A DNA stretch of 64,000 nt from the human T2T-CHM13v2.0 reference genome, Homo sapiens (GCF_009914755.1 NC_060927.1); one strand, 5' to 3'; counted from the first letter of the stretch, positions 1 to 13,284 are shown. The notes: a model not told the origin generated them from the sequence alone. Numbers and translations are program-made.

Positions 1-159
1 GGATAATGACACTCTCTTTGTAGGGAGATTAAATAAGATCATATATATTGAGATGCCAGGACAGCTTCTGGCACCACAGTAGGCAATCTGTATACAGAGC
101 AGCTAATATTGCCTTCGGCATAAGAAAAAGTATTAAGTGACATTTGATTTGGGATTTTC

Positions 160-895
160 CATTAGTTGCTCTCTTGTTCCCTTTTCTCTGATATTACCAC
201 CCAAAAATATCAGTGACTTAAAACAAGATGTTCCTCTCCCTTATACTACATGTCTGTAGTTGGTAGACTAGGTACTCTGCTCCATGTGGCCACCAGCCTT
301 GCTCTGACACCCAAGCTGATGGGACTTTGCTGGTAGGGAACCCTCTGGTGGATCTCACACCAGCAGCTAAATGCTTGGCCTGAAAGTGACACGCATCATT
401 TCTGCTTACAGCTCATTGGCCAGAACTGGTCATGTGCTTCAACCCCACTGCAGGGGACCAGGAAGTACAATCTTACTGACTTAGTCCGTTTGCGCTGCTG
501 TGACAAAATACCACAAACCAGGTGGCTTATAAACAACAGAAATGTATTTCTCGTAGTTCTGCAGGCTGGGAAGTCTGAGATAAAGGCACCAGCAGATTTG
601 GTGTCTGGTGAGCGCTGGCTTTCTGATTCATCTGGTTCATAGATGGTGCCTTCTTGCTGTGTCCTCACAGCTGGAAGGGGCAAAGCGTCGCTCTCAGGCC
701 TCTTTCATAAGGGCACTAATCCCATTCATGAGAGCTCCACCTTCTTCATCTAATTGCCTCCCAAAGGCCCCACCTCCTAATACTATCACCTTGGGGGTTA
801 GGATTTCAACATAGGAATTTTGGGAGTCACAAACACTCAGACCATAGCAGTTACCATGTGCTCAGAAGGGGGACAACTGGGAATATTTGGTGAAA
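160..895 (-). mobile_element. Old MLT1 (J/K-like) MaLR LTR fragment, interrupted by a younger MaLR LTR at 477-849
   Basis: Degenerate MLT1-type motifs (cagtgacttaaaacaa; cttacagctcattggccagaactggtcatgtg). The sequence resumes after 854 (ccatgtgctcagaagg...gaatatttggtgaa). Confidence 0.55.
477..849 (-). mobile_element. MLT1A/MSTD-type MaLR solo LTR
   Basis: Termini tgacttagtcc...cagaccatagca, typical internal motifs (ggcttataaacaacagaaatgtattt; aaggccccacctcctaatactatcac), and 5-bp TSD CTTAC (472-476) / GTTAC (850-854). Confidence 0.85.
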
Positions 896-970
896 AGTGA
901 AGGGGAAAAAATAATTTATTCTGTCAACTCTCATAAGTTATTAGCTGGGACACCTCTGCAACAAAAGACA

Positions 971-1261
971 GGCCGGATGCAGTGGTTTGCGCCTGTAATC
1001 CCAGCACTTTGGGAGGCTGAGGCAGGCAGATCACTTGAGGTCAGGAGTTTGAAACCAGCCTGGGCAACATGTTGAAACCTTGTCTCTACTAAAAATACAA
1101 AAATTAGTCAAGTGTGGTGGCACGTGCCTGTAGTCCTAGCTACTCAGGAGGTGGAGGTTGGAGGATGGCTTGAGCCTGGGAGGCAAAGGTTGCAGTAAGT
1201 TGAGATTGCAGCACTGCACTCCAGCCTGGGCAATAGAGCCAGACCTTGTCTCAAAAAAAAA
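971..1261 (+). mobile_element. Alu (AluJ-like), full length
   Basis: ggccggatgcagtgg...cctgtaatcccagcactttgggagg, A-rich linker, ggatggcttgagcctgggagg, poly-A tail. Confidence 0.93.
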
Positions 1262-2159
1262 TAGATTAACAAGAGAAAAGCAAGTATTTTTATTTTTAAC
1301 ATCCATTACACAGAGAAATCTCAGTTCAAAAGCATCTGTCAAAATGGTGACTTTGGGTACCAGCTTATATAGCATATCAAACAAAGGACAATAATAAACA
1401 AAGGGACCTCGGAGTCAAATGGGCCCCCATGCCATCCCCCTTTCCTCATTAAACTTGAAACTTCAAGGTGAATTAAAACCTTTAAGGCCTGGCTCAGGCA
1501 TTAGCCCATCTTCCCTGGAGCAGTCCAGCCACAGACATCTCTCCCTCTTCCAGACTCCTGTAACACAAGACACTTGTCTTGTCCCTTTATTAGCAATTGT
1601 CAAATATTGTCTAATTATTAAGATAAGTTGCTGATAAACATAGATTTTCCTTGGCATTGCAAGGTGCACAAATCTTAGCCTTGGTGGTTAGGTCACGCTG
1701 TACACAATCTGTGATTGCCCTTCTTTCCATTAAAGGTTTCATTATGGGCCATGTGGGATTCTGAATTGCGGACTGAGGCACAAGCAATGTCTTATGGAAA
1801 TCACTGGAGACTAGCAGTGTAGATGGTAGACATGTGACACAGGAGAAAGGGCATATGAACATTTCTTTCTCACATTCTTTGTCAAATTTGGAGTTTTAAT
1901 ATTCCATCTCAAATAAAACCCTGCTGCACAGTATAGGTGTGGAGCTCAGGGTTGTTACACAGGGAACTAGCTGGGTTAGGGGAGGATGTCATTGAGCCCA
2001 TTTTAGGGAGAAGATTAGGCCCAAGGGCAGGCCGTTTTGAGCCCTTCTCACTTTGAGGTTGCCATGGCCCAGATGCTGTTACCTTTAGCTCTGTCCACTC
2101 TAGGGGTGCTGAAAACTGCTCCCTACATCGCAGTGTCATTCAGGAAATCAGGAGCCTAA

Positions 2160-2740
2160 GGGACTGGAGTATACATTGGTAGTCCCTTCCCAGCATCCAT
2201 TTCCCCTTTTTATTCCGAGGCACATCTGCTTTAGGGACTCCAAATGTCCTTCCAGTACCTGTTCTTCCTTTCTTACTTAGTAACACAATCCTGATTTTTA
2301 TCTGAGTGCTTTGCCTTTGGGACAAAGACTATATTTTTCTAGCTTCCTTTGCAGCTAGGAAAGGCCATATGACTAAGTTTTGGTCAATGTGATATAAGTG
2401 GATGTATTGTGTGACACTCCAGAAGGACAACCTAAAGAAGCTGACTGAGCTGAAAAGTCAACTTCTCTTCACTCTTTCCCCCTTCATCTTTCTGCCTGGA
2501 GTACAGATGTGATGGCTGGAGCTCTAGCAGCTATTTTGGATGGAAAACACCTACTGGAATAGTAGAGCAGGAAGTTTAAAGGTCCTTGTTTCCCTGATGA
2601 CTGAACTGTTAAAGCTGTCATATCAGCCTTGGGCTTTCTACCTTTGCACTTGTCTTAAACGAAAGAAAAATAAACTTTTGTTTATTCACTTTTATTTGGG
2701 GTTTTCTGACATATGCAGCTAATCCTATCCTAACTGTTAC
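2160..2740. mobile_element. Old ERVL/MaLR-class LTR (LTR16/LTR33-like), family uncertain
   Basis: Motif gcagctagg...ggccatatgactaagttttggtcaatgtgatataag, AATAAA near 2669, and ttctgacatatgcagc near the end. Confidence 0.5.
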
Positions 2741-2958
2741 TGTCCCCTTCATGTCCTCTCAGGGGAGCTGAGGCTCTGTGGCTGGAACCTGGGACTTAGG
2801 CCTGAATTAATCAGAGCAATGCACTCCACTGGCCGTAAGTATATTTCAGGAGTGGGCATATGACCAGTCAGAATGAATCCTGGACTCAACAATGGGAGGT
2901 TGTGAAGCTGGAGCTGTTGGCAGCCATCTGGAGGGGACAGTTTGTCCTGGTGACCTTA

Positions 2959-3321
2959 TGGTATGGTTCACTGTGTCCCCACCCAAATCTCATCTTGAAT
3001 TGTATCTCCCATAATTCCCATGTGTTGTGGGAGGGTCCTGGTGGGAGGCAATTGAATCATGCAGGCAATTCTTTCCTGTGCTGTTCTCATAATAGCAAAT
3101 AAGTCTAATGGTATCTGATGGTTTTATAAAGGGGAGTTCCCCTGCACATTCTTTCTTGCCTGCCACCATGTAAGACGTGACTTTGCTCCTCATTCACCTT
3201 CCACCATTATTGTGAGGCTTCCCCAGCCATGTGGAACCGTGAGTCAATTAAACCTCTTTCCTTTATAAATTACCCAGTCTCTGTTATGTCTTTATTAGCA
3301 GTGTGAGAACAGACTAATACA
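2959..3321 (+). mobile_element. THE1 (THE1C/D-like) solo LTR
   Basis: tggtatggtt...tgtgtccccacccaaatctcatcttgaattgta...aattaaacctctttcctttataaattacccagtc...gactaataca. TSD CCTTA / CATTA. Confidence 0.92.
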
Positions 3322-3739
3322 CATTACTTGAATCCTGGATTAAGCTTTGCTTGAAGTTAGACCTATCTCTAGACTTTTCATATAAGTGGGCCAATATATT
3401 CTCTTTTTGTTTAAGTCAATTTAAGTTTTTGGTTGCTTGTCTCCAAAAGAGTCAAGTTTGATTCTGGTCTTTCTATTTGGTTTAATTAGTCTTAGTGCTT
3501 AATTGGTCTTTCTACTTTCACACTTGCCCTGACTGGTGTTGTCTTGGTAACCCTCAATGCTTTAACAAATGGACCCCAGATTTCTTGGATCACTTCTTCT
3601 CATATTATTTTGGCAAGACAGGTTAAAAGGCCACACCTAACTTTGAAAGAGTTTGGGAAATGTAGTCTAACTGCACATGCAGAAGGAAGAGGAGAGCCAG
3701 GACCCTGCAGCACCATTAGCCCTCCCTGCCATCCCACCC

Positions 3740-4608
3740 TCTAATCCCTCCTATCTCCTGCAGCCACAGTGGCCCTTTTGATATGTGAATTGTCACATGT
3801 CATTCCCCTGGATAAGGTTCGTCAGCAGCTTCCTGGGAACTCAGATTCTCCTCCATGGTCCGTGAGGCCCTGCCTGATCTGGCTCCTGCCAGTTCTCTAA
3901 CCCCCATCTGAATCCCAGGAGTGCCCTGGCTCCTTTCCCATCTGCCACGTTGGCCTCAGGTCAGCTTCTATGGCTTGCTGGGCCTTTCCAGCCTCAGAAC
4001 TTTCTACTGCTGAAATGCCTTTCCCCCAGTTTTTCATAAGGCTGGCTCCTTCTCACCCTCCAGGAACCCTCTTGAGAGTGACTTCCTCAGAGAGGCCTTT
4101 CTGGAACACCCTACCCAATATAGGTCTTCCCTCTTATTCTTTTTTGTTGTTGTGGTTGCCCAGGCTGGAACGCAATGGTGCGATCTCAACTCACTGCAAC
4201 CTCCTCCTCCTGAGTTCAAGTGATTCTCCTGCCTCAGCTTCCTGAGTAACTGGGGTTATAGGGGCCCGCCACCATGCCTGGCTAATTTTTGTATTTTTAG
4301 TAGAGAAAGGGTTTCATCATTTTGGCCAGGCTGGTCTTGAACTCCCAGCCTTAGGTGGTCCGCCCACCTCAGCCTCCCAAAGTGCTGGGATTACAGGAGT
4401 GAACCACCGTGCCCAGCTTCCTTCTTATTCTTTATCACAGGACTAAATTAGGTAATGGTTTATTTGCTTCCTATTTTTAGTCTGCCTTCCACTCTAGAAT
4501 ATAAGGTCCAGGATGGGGTGACTGTGTCTGTCTGTTCCATTCCATCTGCAGAGCACCCACCTTGCAGAGTCTGGTACACAGCAGGTGCTCAAAGGGTTTT
4601 ATTGAAAG
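3740..4608 (+). mobile_element. L2 LINE 3' fragment, interrupted by an Alu
   Basis: L2-type motifs (catgtcattcccctg; acttcctcagagaggcctt; tggtacacagcaggtgctcaa) ending in a TGAA-like tail. Confidence 0.6.
4140..4417 (-). mobile_element. Alu (AluS-like)
   Basis: Reverse-complement Alu dimer (gcccaggctgga...ctcccaaagtgctgggattacagg). TSD-like ctcttattcttt / ttcttattcttt. Confidence 0.92.
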
Positions 4609-4965
4609 AATGGATGGATGGATGGATGGATGGATAGGTGGATGGATGAATAGGTGGATGGATGAATGGATGGATGGATGGATGAATCGATGGATGGATG
4701 GATGGATGGATGGATGGATGGATGGATAGATGGACGCATGGATAGATGAATAGATGGATGGATGAATAGATGGATGGATGGATGAATGGATGAATGGATG
4801 GATGAATAGATGGATGGATGGATGGATGGATGGATAGATGGATGCATGGATAGATGAATAGATGGATGGATGAATAGATGGATGGATGGATGAATGGATG
4901 GATGAATAGATGGAGGGATGAATAGATGGATGGATGGATGAATGGATGGATGGATGGATGGATGA
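4609..4965. repeat. (GGAT)n/(GAAT)n compound tetranucleotide array
   Basis: Directly visible. It explains the HPSI-repeat ORFs. Confidence 0.98.
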
Positions 4966-5309
4966 AGTGTCTTTCATGCCCATCTGTGGATGCTGGAAAG
5001 TTAAAATGTACCTTCTATTTATAATGCTACATAACATTAAAGAAGTTTGCCAGGGCCTGCTCTAAAATGTCCGCCAGAAGGAATGGAGGGAATGGAAGCC
5101 ATTCATATTCCCCCACAGAGCCCCTGAGTTTATTGTATGTTAGAGGAGGGCTTTGCTTTTGCTTTATTTCTTATGCTCTGCATACTAGTGGAATGAAGCC
5201 CAGGGCACTGGGCAGTGGAAATGTGAGCACCTACTCCAAAAGGCACTGCATCAAACCAGGCACTAGGAGTTGCTCTCCTCATTCTGCCCACTTGTCACAC
5301 ATTTGTTTA

Positions 5310-5800
5310 GCATAGTTGCTGCCTCAGCATCCATGTTTAGGCCTAATCTAAGTTATTTGAAACCCGATGTATCCTGTCATCTTTGGCCTGGTTACAACTT
5401 CCCCTCCCTTTGTGGTTGTTTTTGATATAGCCTGCTCATTTTTCATCTTACTGACCCAAAACTCAACACAGCCCACAGCTGCTCACCACGATCAAACCTA
5501 AGGGTCAACACCAGTCACGTAAATACGTTTCCCACTTTGTGTATGTTTTCTTTGCACTAGCCAATCCACAACCCCCAAGGGAAAGCCTAAGGAATGATGC
5601 CCATGAATCTTAATAAAGTCCCACAGGTCCTGTCCCCGCTGCCCCCCCATGGTTGAGCTCCATGCCATCTCTGGACTTCTGTCAGCACTCCTAACCTTTC
5701 TGGGACCTGTGAGTAATAAATTTCTTCTGTTCATGCATTTTGGTTTCACTTTCTGTCGTTATCTCACATGATACACACACACAAACTTAACCCCCTCCCA
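5310..5800 (+). mobile_element. ERV-type solo LTR, family uncertain
   Basis: LTR-like layout with agccaatc (CCAAT), cttaataaa and gagtaataaa poly(A)-like signals and a U5-like tail. Confidence 0.5.
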
Positions 5801-6293
5801 TCTGGCCTCTCTTAGAGAGCAGCTGTCTTGATTTATAGCCACTCCTAACAGGAGGAATCCTACCAGTAGTCTCTTAACTGAACTAGGAGCACAGCTTCCT
5901 TGCTTGTGTCTGGCCCCTGGAGCTTACATCTCAGAGGCAACTTACCTCCAGCCCTGTTCTTTTCTCCTGTGAGATGTCCCAGTGAGATTTAAAATGTCAG
6001 AAATCTGGACACTAAGACCATTTGGATTTTGGCCAATGGACCTTAAGATGCCAGGAAGGGTCTCACCTGCTCTTGAAAACAGCTTTTGAATTTTAATTCT
6101 ACCTGGAAGGTGTAATGGGAGCATTCCCTTGTGCTTTTGGAGCTCACTCACAGGCATTGAGGTGTTCCTAGCAGCCGAGGGAAGGAGGGAGATGTCAGGC
6201 AAGTGCTTTGCCCAAGGTGACTTAATGAGTCAGGGCTGGAATGGGCATCATGAGGGCAGGCGCTGAGCCTGCAGACTGGGTCCTACCCTTCCT

Positions 6294-6296
<3 letters not shown>

Positions 6297-6343
<47 letters not shown>

Positions 6344-6361
6344 AGACACACACACACACAC
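6297..6361. repeat. (CA)n microsatellite
   Basis: Directly visible, with two GA interruptions. Confidence 0.98.
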
Positions 6362-7612
6362 CTCTTCTAATGGGATATAATAAAATACAGATAAAGAAGC
6401 TCCAGAAGGAAAATTCCTCCTGTTAAAGTTTGCTGTGTTCCTCCCACATGGCCATTCTGGCTCCTCAGAATGTAATACAACTGCGATCTTCTTTTCACAA
6501 AAAGATTACTCTATGTGTCAAATTTACAAAAGAATTAAATTAGGAATTGATTTAAAAAAGAATCATAACAACGGTTCTTTAAACAGAGAGGTACCTTGGA
6601 GGCATTTCAAATGATTTGATTTATAAACACTTAATTTGCACACAACCTTTCAGATAAATATAATGTGCAGGGAGGAAGGTAGATGGATGTGATTTGTGTG
6701 GGCGCAATGTACCTGCTGCTTCTAAACCTTGTATGTATTTCTGTGATTCAATCTATCATAATTTATGTGTTGTGATCACTTGTTTTCATGTCTGTTTTTA
6801 CCATTACAGTGTGAGTCTCATCCTGGCAGGGAGTAGTATATCTTGATCGCCTTTGTCTCTTCAATACCCAGCAGGGTCATTGACAGCAAGATTTGTGTCT
6901 TATTTTCTTTCTACCCTTAGCACCTACCTTAGGGACTGTCATTCAGGAACACAAGAAAATGTTTTTTGAATTGAACTAGGTAAGTATGATTTTTCCTCTT
7001 AGAGAGTAGTGTAGATTTTTGTACTTGTAGAAGGCTTCTTATTGGGATAGACCACTAAAACTATTATTTAATGTTCCCAGTCATAGGCCATCTGTAGGAA
7101 CTCTGGCTTTCTGCTGAGGGGTTCATTTATTGAATGCCTATCATGTGTCAAGCACTGAGCTATAGCTGGAGATACAGTGAGTGAGGCAATCAGATTTCTG
7201 CACCTGTGAAGCTTGCAGCGAAGGGGCATGGCAGAGAAATAAGAAATAGACAACAATGGTGGGTAAGATTGGGGAGAGGGTGCACAGGCAGAGGGGAAAT
7301 AATGTTTACTGAAGGACAAAGAGGAGCTGGCCATGCAGTAGGAATGGCAAAGACATTCCATGTGCAAGGAATAGAAGGCAATTTGGCATAGCCAGAGCAC
7401 AGAGAGGAAGGCACTGAGAGGGAAGAGACAAGTGGTGGAGGTTGGCCAGGGCAGGCTGGGAGAGGCCGTGTTGCCTGTGTGGAAGAGTGTGGAGTGGATC
7501 CTGAGGGAAGATGAGGGAAAGTGCGCATGGTGGCTCTGGCGGCAGTATGGAGGATGTATTGGAGAGACTAACACTTGGAGTTTGGATTTTTAATGTCCAA
7601 GGAAGCATTTTA

Positions 7613-8150
7613 TTGTGGAAATAAACAAAAAGACCAACCAAATGAGAACAAGCAAAGGCTGTTTATTCAGAGCTTGCTCTAGCAAGGGACTCAATCTCTG
7701 TCATTTGAGTTTTGGCAGAGACTCAAAGGCAGGCAGAGGAGTGGGGAAGTTTTAGAGTGGAAAAAGAGAAGGCTTCAGTTATGCTCTGACTGGAGGCTGT
7801 TGGCCTGGGGAAGCTGCAGGTGAGCTAAATGGAAGCGGGCACCCTATGGCATTGCTTAGGGGAGCACATTTGGTTTACTGTGGTTGGTTCTGAGTTGGAA
7901 GCAGAGACAAAAACTAGGAAAGCTGTCAGTTATTCATGAAGTCCTGGCCATCTTGGGTTGATTGTCACAGAAGTTATTGTTTGGCTTCTTGCATTGTGAC
8001 TAGAGATAGCAGCTTGACTTCCTCTAAGTCTGACTTGGAGCAGGTTGGCTTCCTGTGCTGGTTATTGTGGATAAGGGGTTGGTTTCCTGGGCAGGCTGCT
8101 GCTGCAGGTGTGAACCAGAGTTCTGTGTTTATATAGGATCTGGCCATTGT
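7613..8150 (-). mobile_element. ERV1-class solo LTR (MER31-like, family uncertain)
   Basis: Starts tgtggaa. TTTATT at about 7662 is a minus-strand poly(A) signal. Motifs caaaggcaggcagaggagtgggg...gactggaggctgttggcctggggaagctg. Confidence 0.6.
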
Positions 8151-8465
8151 TTGTCTGGATATTCGGGCTCCCATTATCATTAATGAGAATTATTTATTTA
8201 TAGTTACAGATATTTAAATTAGTGTTACAAATAAGAGCAATTACTTTCATTAATGCACATTAAATATCCTTAAAAATTATTCCTAATCATTAAGTTAACC
8301 AATTAAATTATCTTAAACATATTGTACTGTGTTTATTTATCTACTTATTATATTTGGCTTTTTTCAAGTACTCCATGTGCCTGATTGGGAAGATTTACAA
8401 CCCTAAAAGGCAACAGTTTTCTAAGCATTGAAATATTTCTTGTAACTATAATAAATAAATAAAAA

Positions 8466-8558
8466 TTTTTTTGAGATGGAGTCTTGCTCTGTTGCCCAGG
8501 CTGGAGTGCAGTGGTGCGATCTTCGCTCACAGCAACCTCTGCCTCCTGGGTTCAAGCG
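8466..8558 (-). mobile_element. Alu 3' fragment (5'-truncated)
   Basis: ttttgagatggagtcttgctctgttgcccaggctggagtgcagtgg...gggttcaagcg, then an abrupt end. Confidence 0.9.
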
Positions 8559-8770
8559 TAAATCAAAATTTTAAATGTTTCAAAGCATATTATTTTAAAT
8601 ATTCCAAAAATCTTTATCAACCTGATCAAATATTAGTATATCTTTAACAACTTAAAAAAAAATCCCAAATCTGAAAATCACATAGCTTTACCAATATGCC
8701 ATATTAATCACTGTATTTTTTTGAGACAGGGTCTCACTAATAAGAATTAGAATAAGAATTATTTAATCTT

Positions 8771-9738
8771 TGTAGGGGTGGGTTGCCCCTCCACACCTAT
8801 GGGTGTTTCTCGTAAGGTGGAACGAGAGACTTGGGAAAGAAAAAGACACAGAGACAAAGTATAGAGAAAGAAATAAGGGGACCCGGGGAACCAGCGTTCA
8901 GCATATGGAGGATCCCGCCAGCCTCTGAGTTCCCTTAGTATTTATTGATCATTCGTGGGTGTTTATCGAAGAGGGGGATGTGTCAGGGTCACAAGACAAT
9001 TGTGGGGAGAGGGTCAGCAGACAAACATGTGAACAAAGGTCTTTGCATCATAGACAATGTAAAGGATTAAGTGCTGTGCTTTTAGATATGCATACACATA
9101 AACATCTCAATGCTTTACAAAGCAGTATTGCTGCCCACAGGTCCCACCTCCAGCCCTAAGGCGGTTTTTCCCTATCTCAGTAGATGGAGCATACAATCGG
9201 GTTTTATATCGGGACATTCCATTGCCCAGGGACAGGCAGGAGACAGATGCCTTCCTCTTGTCTCAACTGCAAGAGGCATTCCTTCCTCTTTTACTAATCC
9301 TCCTCAGCACAGACCCTTTACGGGTGTCAGGCTGGGGGATGGTCAGGTCTTTCCCTTCCCACGAGGCCATATTTCAGACTATCACATGGGGAGAAACCTT
9401 GGACAATACCTGGCTTTCCTAGGCAGAGGTCCCTGCAGCCTTCCGCAGTTTTTGTGTCCCTGGGTACTTGAGATTAGGGAGCGGTGATGACTCTCAAGGA
9501 GCATGCTGCCTTCAAGCATCTGTTTAACAAAGCACATCTTGCACCGCCCTTAATCCATTTAACTCTGAGTTGACACAGCACATGTTTCAGAGAGCACGGG
9601 GTTGGGGTTAAGGTTATAGATTATCAGAATCTCAAGGCAGAAGAATTTTTCTTAGTACATAACAAAATGGAGTCTCCTATGTCTACTTCTTTCTACACAG
9701 ACACAGTAACAATCTGATCTCTCTTGCTTTTCCCCACA
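8771..9738 (-). mobile_element. HERV-K(HML-2) LTR5_Hs solo LTR, full length (968 bp)
   Basis: The minus strand begins TGTGGGGAAAAGCAAGAGAGATCAGATTGTTACTGTGTC and ends GGGGCAACCCACCCCTACA. Perfect 6-bp TSD AATCTT at 8765-8770 and 9739-9744. No PBS or internal sequence. Confidence 0.97.
9032..9210 (-). promoter_or_regulatory. LTR5_Hs regulatory motifs: TATA-like box, octamer-like site and SOX-like sites
   Basis: Minus-strand GATATAAAA (9202-9210), CATTGTC (9053-9059), ATGCAAAG (9041-9048) and CTTTGTT (9032-9038). The LTR poly(A) signal AATAAA is at 8941-8946. Activity cannot be shown from sequence. Confidence 0.6.
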
Positions 9739-9779
9739 AATCTTCACATGTATTCTATTATTATTATGTTTAGATAGGG

Positions 9780-10512
<733 letters not shown>

Positions 10513-10756
10513 TAGATTTAAAAAATAAATAAATTATAGGTTTAGTGTATTCATTTTTAAACCTGTTTGTAAAGTCACTTATCCAAGTAAAAGAAGCAGT
10601 TTTTGCACATCAGGCAAGGTTACTGAGTCATAAAATTAGAACTACAATATTGTTACTTTTCAGTCAGATATTTGAGACTGTGACCTTGGGTGGGACCTGG
10701 TACTACATACTTCCTGGATGATTCTACTCAAGTCCCTGGAGAACTCTGGGTCCTTT

Positions 10757-10928
10757 TCTCCCTTCCCTTCCCTTCCCTTCCCTTCCCTTCCCTTTCCTTC
10801 CCTTCCCTTTCCTTCCCTCCCCTCCCCTCCCCTCCCCTCCCCTCCCTTCCCATCCCTTCCCTTCCCTTCTTTTCTCTTTCCTACCCTTCTCTTCTCTTTC
10901 CTTCCCTTCTCTTCTCTTTCCTTCCCTT

Positions 10929-10970
<42 letters not shown>

Positions 10971-10977
10971 CCTCTCT
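10757..10977. repeat. Pure polypyrimidine tract: (CCCTT)n, (CCCCT)n and (CT)n
   Basis: Directly visible, about 220 nt of almost exclusively C and T. Confidence 0.97.
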
Positions 10978-10989
10978 TTAAAAAAAATA

Positions 10990-11097
10990 AAGATGGGGTC
11001 TTGCTATGTTGCCCAGGCTGGTCTTGAACTCCTGGGCTCAAGTGATCCTCCTGCCTTGTCTTCCCAAGGTGCTAAAATTACAGGCATGAGCCACTGT
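10990..11097 (-). mobile_element. Alu left monomer / FLAM-like
   Basis: agatggggtcttgctatgttgcccaggctggtcttgaactcctgggctcaagtgatcc...gagccactg. Confidence 0.88.
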
Positions 11098-11359
11098 GGA
11101 CTTGGGTCTTTTTCTAGAGCCAGGTTCTGTCTTCCATTGTCGATGGGTAACCTCCATCTTCATACCTTCCACTGGGGTTTACTGCAGCTCAGTGCATTCC
11201 ATTTCTTTTGGGAGTCTTTCACCATTAACCATTGTTTCCCTTAACTTGTTTCAGCCCTCACCTGTGTTGTGGCTGATTCCATCACCACTTGATTGGATTA
11301 CATGAATCTCTTTACCATCTAATTGAATTCTGAATTCCTCACATATTTTGCTGTGCAAC

Positions 11360-11850
11360 CTGTCTAAGGAGTCAGGTTAGGAGGCTGTTATAGTCAGAGG
11401 CAGATGTGGTGGTCACCTGGATGTGGGGGTGGAGATGACCCCAGAGCTTCTTAGGGCAGGGATCAAATAAGATTTAGTGACTGATTAGATGCTGGAGAAG
11501 AGGATGTTGAGGGAAGAAGAAAGAGTCAGAGAAGCTGCCCAGATTTCTGCATTAGACAACTGGGTAGAAATGTGTTTTACATAAAAATCACTGATCATTT
11601 ATTGAAAACTAAGTACTTACATGAAACTGATTTAATTAGCCAAACAAATGGTAATTTGTAAACAGACAGATACAACCTACTAGAGGCAATGGGGTCAAGT
11701 GACCAAGGATTGGGAGTCAGGGAACCTTTCCCAGCTTTGCCACTGACTTTCTAGTTGCCCTTGGGATAAATCCTGTGTGCTCTGTGGGCTTCCCTCTCTT
11801 GTAAATAAGAACATCTGCCTAAAGCCTGAGTTCTGTTAACTCTAAAATGC
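11360..11850. mobile_element. L2 fragment (about 11360-11570) and MIR fragment (about 11680-11850)
   Basis: Degenerate motifs (gttaggaggctgtta...gactgattagatg; gggagtcagg...cccagctttgccactgact). Confidence 0.5.
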
Positions 11851-12956
11851 ATAAAACTGTCAAATGAGAGGGTTGGATTAAGCAAAGTTGCACAAGCTTC
11901 TCTGATAATTTGATGAACACCAAGCACCCTCTCCCTGGGAAAATGCAGGGAATATTTACATACGCTTTCTCCGGGTTCATTCCTTCCTCCTCTCACCCCC
12001 AACACTCATGGATTAGATGGACTTCAAAGCTCTTTCATGTTGTTACATGTCCTCTTCAGCATTTAAAATCTCCTTACCTTTTCCAAAGAAACAACATAAA
12101 AATGATGATGCCTTTGTTAGTTGCTGTGTTCTTTCTTTTCCCTTTGAATTACCCCCGCTATCTATTTAAAGAGGAGTCCCTCAGGGCAAAGGCTGTCTCT
12201 GTCCTTGTTTCAGTGGCTGGAATGCAGTTGGATGCTTAACAACACCTAATTATAATAATATGGATTAGGGTATAATGCCATCTGTAAACCTTGGTAAGCT
12301 TAGGATAGATTAATAATATTTTAACAATCTGTACGAAACAGTAGATGGACATCATTTAAGGGAGTGTAAAAGGGAACTTTTGCTTCTATGGTGCAATACA
12401 GGATTAATTAAACATCCCCCAGGAGTTTATCTCTAAGAATCCATGTCTCACAGTGAATATATATATATTTTTTTTCAAGAATTATTCAAAGTTATCAAGA
12501 TGAATCACTAGACCTTCTGTTATTAAAACCCTTTATTCAGAACAGTAACCTGATCTTCAAGGTTAGCTTTCTGTATACTACCTGGAACCCTGATGGAAAG
12601 ATTTGGTTTGGTTAGAGATGTTTTCTGGTTGACTGAGGATTTACCCCTTGAACAAAATCTTTTCTTTTTTCTTTAACCATTTTGGAGAAAGAAATTTCTG
12701 AAATGTGCTGTACACTTCACTGCCCTCTGAAACAGATGATCTGGAACATAACGTTCCCTTATGGGCATTGATTATTACATTGTGGTATGCGGTAGTCTTT
12801 AACAACTTTTAGGGCTAGGTAATCTTATTCCTATTGAAGTAGATGTAGAATTGTTTGCTTCAACACTACTTAGCCCCAGTCTACAGATTTTGATTTTTGT
12901 TGGAGTTATCCAGGCGCATAGTTCAAAGAGACAACCAGATCTTGTGGGTTTGTTAA

Positions 12957-13284
<328 letters not shown>

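Noticed and set aside
4477-5037. 186-aa ORF rich in HPSI repeats
   Set aside because: It is the translation of the (ATCC)n microsatellite and has no coding signature.
8959-9487. ORFs within the HERV-K LTR
   Set aside because: They are antisense LTR frames. No gag, pol, env, rec or PBS sequence flanks the LTR, so there is no provirus.
8771-9738. Possible SVA element (SINE-R is derived from the HML-2 LTR)
   Set aside because: Both LTR termini and a 6-bp TSD are present, with no VNTR, hexamer repeat or poly-A tail.
10690-11244. 184-aa Pro/Ser/Leu/Phe-rich ORF and the Arg/Glu/Gly ORF on the opposite strand
   Set aside because: They are read through a polypyrimidine tract and an Alu monomer.
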